DNA of 63,837 bases, counting the filler, from Octopus bimaculoides (taxonomy: Eukaryota), in assembly GCF_001194135.2 (NCBI RefSeq). It is 4 parts of 4 records of this genome, joined end to end, with 100 filler letters (N's around TTAATTAATTAA, not from the genome) between each part and the next. Parts side by side here need not be neighbours in the genome. Positions count along the whole stretch, not along the records: positions 54,953 to 62,603 come from NC_068997.1; positions 62,704 to 63,837 come from NC_068989.1; 2 more parts are not named here. The stretch is one strand, 5' to 3'. A model generated the notes under the pieces. That model did no database searches. It worked only from the letters and a program-made list of their open reading frames with translations, and was not told where the DNA came from. Within the stretch, counting starts at the first letter, position 1, and the number at the start of each line of letters is the position of its first letter. Below are positions 59,652 through 63,837 of the stretch, in pieces. A program made the translations under genes and the position numbers.

Positions 59652-60851
59652 CGTANNNNNNNNNNNNNNNNNNNNNNNNNNNNNNNNNNNNNNNNNNNNN
59701 NNNNNNNNNNNNNNNNNNNNNNNNNNNNNNNNNNNNNNNNNNNNNNNNNNNNNNNNNNNNNNNNNNNNNNNNNNNNNNNNNNNNNNNNNNNNNNNNNNNN
59801 NNNNNNNNNNNNNNNNNNNNNNNNNNNNNNNNNNNNNNNNNNNNNNNNNNNNNNNNNNNNNNNNNNNNNNNNNNNNNNNNNNNNNNNNNNNNNNNNNNNN
59901 NNNNNNNNNNNNNNNNNNNNNNNNNNNNNNNNNNNNNNNNNNNNNNNNNNNNNNNNNNNNNNNNNNNNNNNNNNNNNNNNNNNNNNNNNNNNNNNNNNNN
60001 NNNNNNNNNNNNNNNNNNNNNNNNNNNNNNNNNNNNNNNNNNNNNNNNNNNNNNNNNNNNNNNNNNNNNNNNNNNNNNNNNNNNNNNNNNNNNNNNNNNN
60101 NNNNNNNNNNNNNNNNNNNNNNNNNNNNNNNNNNNNNNNNNNNNNNNNNNNNNNNNNNNNNNNNNNNNNNNNNNNNNNNNNNNNNNNNNNNNNNNNNNNN
60201 NNNNNNNNNNNNNNNNNNNNNNNNNNNNNNNNNNNNNNNNNNNNNNNNNNNNNNNNNNNNNNNNNNNNNNNNNNNNNNNNNNNNNNNNNNNNNNNNNNNN
60301 NNNNNNNNNNNNNNNNNNNNNNNNNNNNNNNNNNNNNNNNNNNNNNNNNNNNNNNNNNNNNNNNNNNNNNNNNNNNNNNNNNNNNNNNNNNNNNNNNNNN
60401 NNNNNNNNNNNNNNNNNNNNNNNNNNNNNNNNNNNNNNNNNTGCACATAAATATGCATATGAGTGTGTGTCTACAAATGTATATATTCATACATGCATAT
60501 GTGTTTATACTTGAGAATATATGCGTGTGTATGGAAGTATTTGTTTCTCTGCTTATATATACATGTATTTTTCTCTTACAGTAGAAGCATATATATGTAA
60601 TGTTATCACTCGGAATAGATTGTGAAAAAATAAAAAGTATATTAGTTTGTGTATTAATTTATTTCTACATATATAAATTTTTTTTCACTAAGTAAAACGA
60701 AACTATATTTTCAGAGGATGGGACAATGAAAAAAAAAATTTTTGTGTGATGTTTACGCCTTTCCCAGCAGATTACTTGCACACGATTAGAAACAGCACCG
60801 ACGGTTCGTTTTGTCATTGCGCAATGTAAAATATTTCAATACCATACTTAC

Positions 60852-60958
60852 CAAAATGTGATTATAAAAGTGTGGATAATCGCATATACACACAACCATA
60901 CCCACCCCCATATATATATAAGTATAAATAGAGTGGTGTAGAACCAACCATAAATTTT
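60852..60958 (-). CDS. Internal 107-nt exon, probably encoding a membrane segment (KIYGWFYTTLFILIYIWGWVWLCVYAIIHTFIITFW)
   Basis: Strong acceptor ctttctcttctatgcccttag| and perfect donor |GTAAGTATG (60851). The frame is hydrophobic and Trp-rich. The phase does not join directly to the 61541 exon (see findings). Confidence 0.5.
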
Positions 60959-61135
60959 CTAAGGGCATAGAAGAGAAAGTTGTTGCAAATATTTGCCACA
61001 AACACAATGAACAACATGCATTAAGTTTTCCTATTAGAGTGTGTTAGTTGCCGTCACCGTAACTTAAGGCGTAATGTGCCCCAGGGTATGAAGTCGCAAT
61101 CTCCTAAATCCTCGCATATATACATACATACACCA

Positions 61136-61236
<101 letters not shown>

Positions 61237-61540
61237 AGGAACTTTACATTCAGGAATGGAACCTACAATTCCATGTAAATCAGGCACCTTCATAGTCCTA
61301 TATAGTTGTTCAACAGCCACCCTGTTCACTAAGGAGGCTTCATAACGTAGCCGATATATTCACCGGGAGACCGAACGCACATCTTATACTTCATGATATT
61401 ACCTGTTAACCAGTATACTCACTCACACACACATTTCTATGTGTGAGAGTGTGTTATTGATTATATATGATTACAAACAGACATGGACAATTATGTAAGA
61501 ATTAATACCAACTGTCATATACTGGTCGTCGCCCACTTAC

Positions 61541-61710
61541 GACCACAACTGATTGTCGAAATAGTGTGATAACTTCAGTGCAATTTCATTCACTTTCTTT
61601 CCTGCTGCTTGCTGTCTAATCTCCATCATTTTTTGTGCCGAAGTCGATGGCCGTTTTTGCTTCGTGGCAATTTGAGGAGCAGATGAAGACAATTTCCTCT
61701 CTGTAGGCAT
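61541..61710 (-). CDS. First coding exon of an unidentified minus-strand gene (MPTERKLSSSAPQIATKQKRPSTSAQKMMEIRQQAAGKKVNEIALKLSHYFDNQLWS)
   Basis: ATG at 61710 in ctaaaATG context, a non-repetitive open frame of 56 codons, ending at a perfect GTAAGT donor (61540-61535, phase 2). The surroundings are CpG-rich. Family not recognised. Confidence 0.6.
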
Positions 61711-61754
61711 TTTAGGGGATATTTTTTGAGAAAATATCAAAGGCAGGACACCCA

Positions 61755-61990
61755 CAATCACCGGAAGTGTCACGCTCTATCGAGCCTGGTATTAATCAGA
61801 AGTTTCGCAGTCTCAGGCAGTCGTCTTATAAACAAATACGAGGTTGCCTCGATGTCTCCGTGACAGGATATTCAACCACCACTTGGTATAACCATGGTGG
61901 CGAGCGATAACCAAACCTAGGGTAAGTGTTTGTTAGCTGACGCCAAACGTGTATTCATAAAACGTCCCTTTGTCTTTACTTACGCGAATT
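61755..61990. promoter_or_regulatory. CpG-rich 5'-end region with an ETS site and GTAAGT donors on both strands
   Basis: CCGGAAGT at 61761-61768; plus-strand donor G|GTAAGT at 61922; minus-strand donor C|GTAAGT at 61983; directly upstream of the 61710 ATG. Confidence 0.4.
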
Positions 61991-62362
61991 TTCCAGAATA
62001 ACCAGTGTATTGCGCTGGCATTCATACTAAAAGATGCTTGGATGATCCAGGGTATTTGAACACGATATACTTTCACTTTTGAACGGGATTAACGTTATTT
62101 ATGATGTAAATATTGATAATCAACTCAAGTCATACATGAGTGTGTGTGTGTGTTCGTGCGTGAGTGTATGTGTGTGTGCGCGCGGGCGTGTAAATATTGT
62201 TACCCTGGAGGTTGCCCAAAATAGATAAGAATAACAGGATAAACACGGAAGTGGACAACTCATCGACGAAAAATCATCACAATTTCGACATCTTCCGACA
62301 TATGTGTGTGTGGTGCATGTATACACGGACACACAAACAAGTACACACACATACGGATAGAC

Positions 62363-62423
<61 letters not shown>

Positions 62424-62444
62424 TATAGATAGATATATAGATAA

Positions 62445-62512
<68 letters not shown>

Positions 62513-62703
62513 GGGTTGAATCCTGGTACTTATATTCAGAACATTCAATGGAGAAATTAAAGCTATATATTTGAATTAGGGTTGGTATTATGAATTCTGT
62601 ACANNNNNNNNNNNNNNNNNNNNNNNNNNNNNNNNNNNNNNNNNNNNTTAATTAATTAANNNNNNNNNNNNNNNNNNNNNNNNNNNNNNNNNNNNNNNNN
62701 NNN

Positions 62704-62917
62704 CCGTTATTAGCCATTATTATGATTGACCGTTGATTGAACACTATTCAATTTTTTTTCTCCGTGTTTTTCTCCTTGTCTCCGTATTCTTTCTGTTGAA
62801 GAGCGTAGCTCGAAACGTCAAAGATTTTCCGTATTCCCGAGCGTCATACTAATACATCCTTTTGTTATTTACACCACCTGTCCTCGTCTGTTGTTGTTTT
62901 TTCGTACATTCTCCCAT
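62704..62917 (+). mobile_element. Penelope pseudo-LTR-like fragment containing the 62.8-kb hammerhead
   Basis: Pyrimidine-rich segment around a minimal HHR, ending at a (TA)n tract and truncated by a gap on the left. Confidence 0.45.
62788..62824 (+). ncRNA. Minimal Penelope-type hammerhead motif with CUGUUGA core variant
   Basis: TCTTT-CTGTTGA-A-GAGC/GTA/GCTC-GAA-ACGT-C-AAAGA: perfect 5-bp stem I, 4-bp stem II, palindromic ACGT stem III and a GUC triplet. Confidence 0.7.
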
Positions 62918-63696
62918 ATATATATATATATATATATATATAGGCCAGTTACTACTGAAGAAGAGCAACAGCAACAACGATTTCTGATCTAGGTTTTGAG
63001 AGAAATTACATCGTCTCCAGAAGTTTATTGTAGTTACTGGTAGTTTATTTTATCGACCTCGAAAGGACGAAAACCAATGTTGAACTCATAAATTTCAAGC
63101 AAATATGGTGAGGCATTCTTTCTGACTTCCTACCTCTTCAAGCATTTCACTAAACTTTAGCAATAATAAGAATAACAGCAATAACAACGACAATGATAAA
63201 AACAACTATCGGTAACAAAGTTTTAATCTGCAGCCGCCACGGAAACACGATCAAGTCGACGAGAAAGAGAGAAAAAGCGAGAGACATAGTGAGAGATAGA
63301 GAGACAGAAGAATAGACAGACGGACAGACGGACGGACGGACTCATAGAAAAGAGTACAACAGTTAAACTACGTAGATATTTCACTTTAAATCTCGTACCG
63401 AACAAGATTACTTTAGTCTGTCATCATGATACCGAAATAGCATGGCGGAGACATTGGATTAGCAATCACGACACACTGTCATATTGGTGACTGACTGTCA
63501 TCATATCTGTTCTTCTGAATATGAACGTATGTATATGTGAACACTGGTAGAGTTGAACTATTGGATACACGCGAATAAAACACCAGTGCTTGGAAAAAGT
63601 GTGTGTGTGTGTGTGTGTGTGTGCGTATGTCTATTTATGAAACACACTTTCGTTTGTATTCTCAAATACATCTGCTTAAACAAATCATATTATATA

Positions 63697-63837
63697 TATT
63701 GGGTTGGTGCATAATTATTGCAGCTTTTTTTCAACAAATTTTATTCAACAAGAACTATAACAACATGTAACAAAAACATTTTTAAATGATTATTCCGGAG
63801 CATATTCACCATCTACTTCAATTACTGCTTCCCATTT
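63697..63837 (-). mobile_element. Mariner right end (truncated by the window)
   Basis: TIR TATTGGGTTGGTGCATAATTATTGCAGC; the minus strand encodes KWEAVIEVDGEYAPE*. Confidence 0.75.

Noticed and set aside
23757-60584. Long ORFs dominated by X in the supplied track (e.g. 25289-26152, 40478-42013, 57462-58925)
   Set aside because: They are open only because N runs and (TA)n/(CA)n/(TCTA)n tracts contain no stop codons.

Overview
AT-rich, repeat-dense eukaryotic DNA with many N gaps. The tRNA-derived SINE families, microsatellite load and intron style point to an octopus (Octopus sp.) draft scaffold; this is inference from repeat recognition. Only one protein-coding segment is confidently recognisable: the terminal exon of a LYSMD3/4-type LysM + transmembrane gene (+, 15576-16154). 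Two splice-defined exons of an unidentified minus-strand gene lie at 60.9-61.7 kb, and a candidate minus-strand core promoter lies at about 23.76 kb. The rest is mobile DNA: several SINE families, RTE 3' ends, Penelope-like (GIY-YIG) and R4/Dong-like retroelement remnants, mariner/Tc1 remnants and MITEs, and piggyBac-type MITEs. Nearly all ORFs in the supplied track are artefacts of N runs or microsatellites. The most interesting signal is a set of hammerhead-ribozyme (HHR) motifs. (i) A TSD-bounded element with a tRNA-like Pol III head and an HHR in its tail (7324-7935), with a second copy of the tail fused to a Penelope endonuclease fragment (45.3-45.55 kb). (ii) A near-complete type I HHR with a very long stem I on the minus strand (19460-19573), downstream of the candidate promoter. 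(iii) Two further minimal Penelope-type HHRs (14.6 kb, 62.8 kb). A full-length U6 copy joined to a SINE inside one 17-bp target-site duplication (35.0-35.46 kb) is also notable. All structures were read by eye and none is experimentally or computationally validated.
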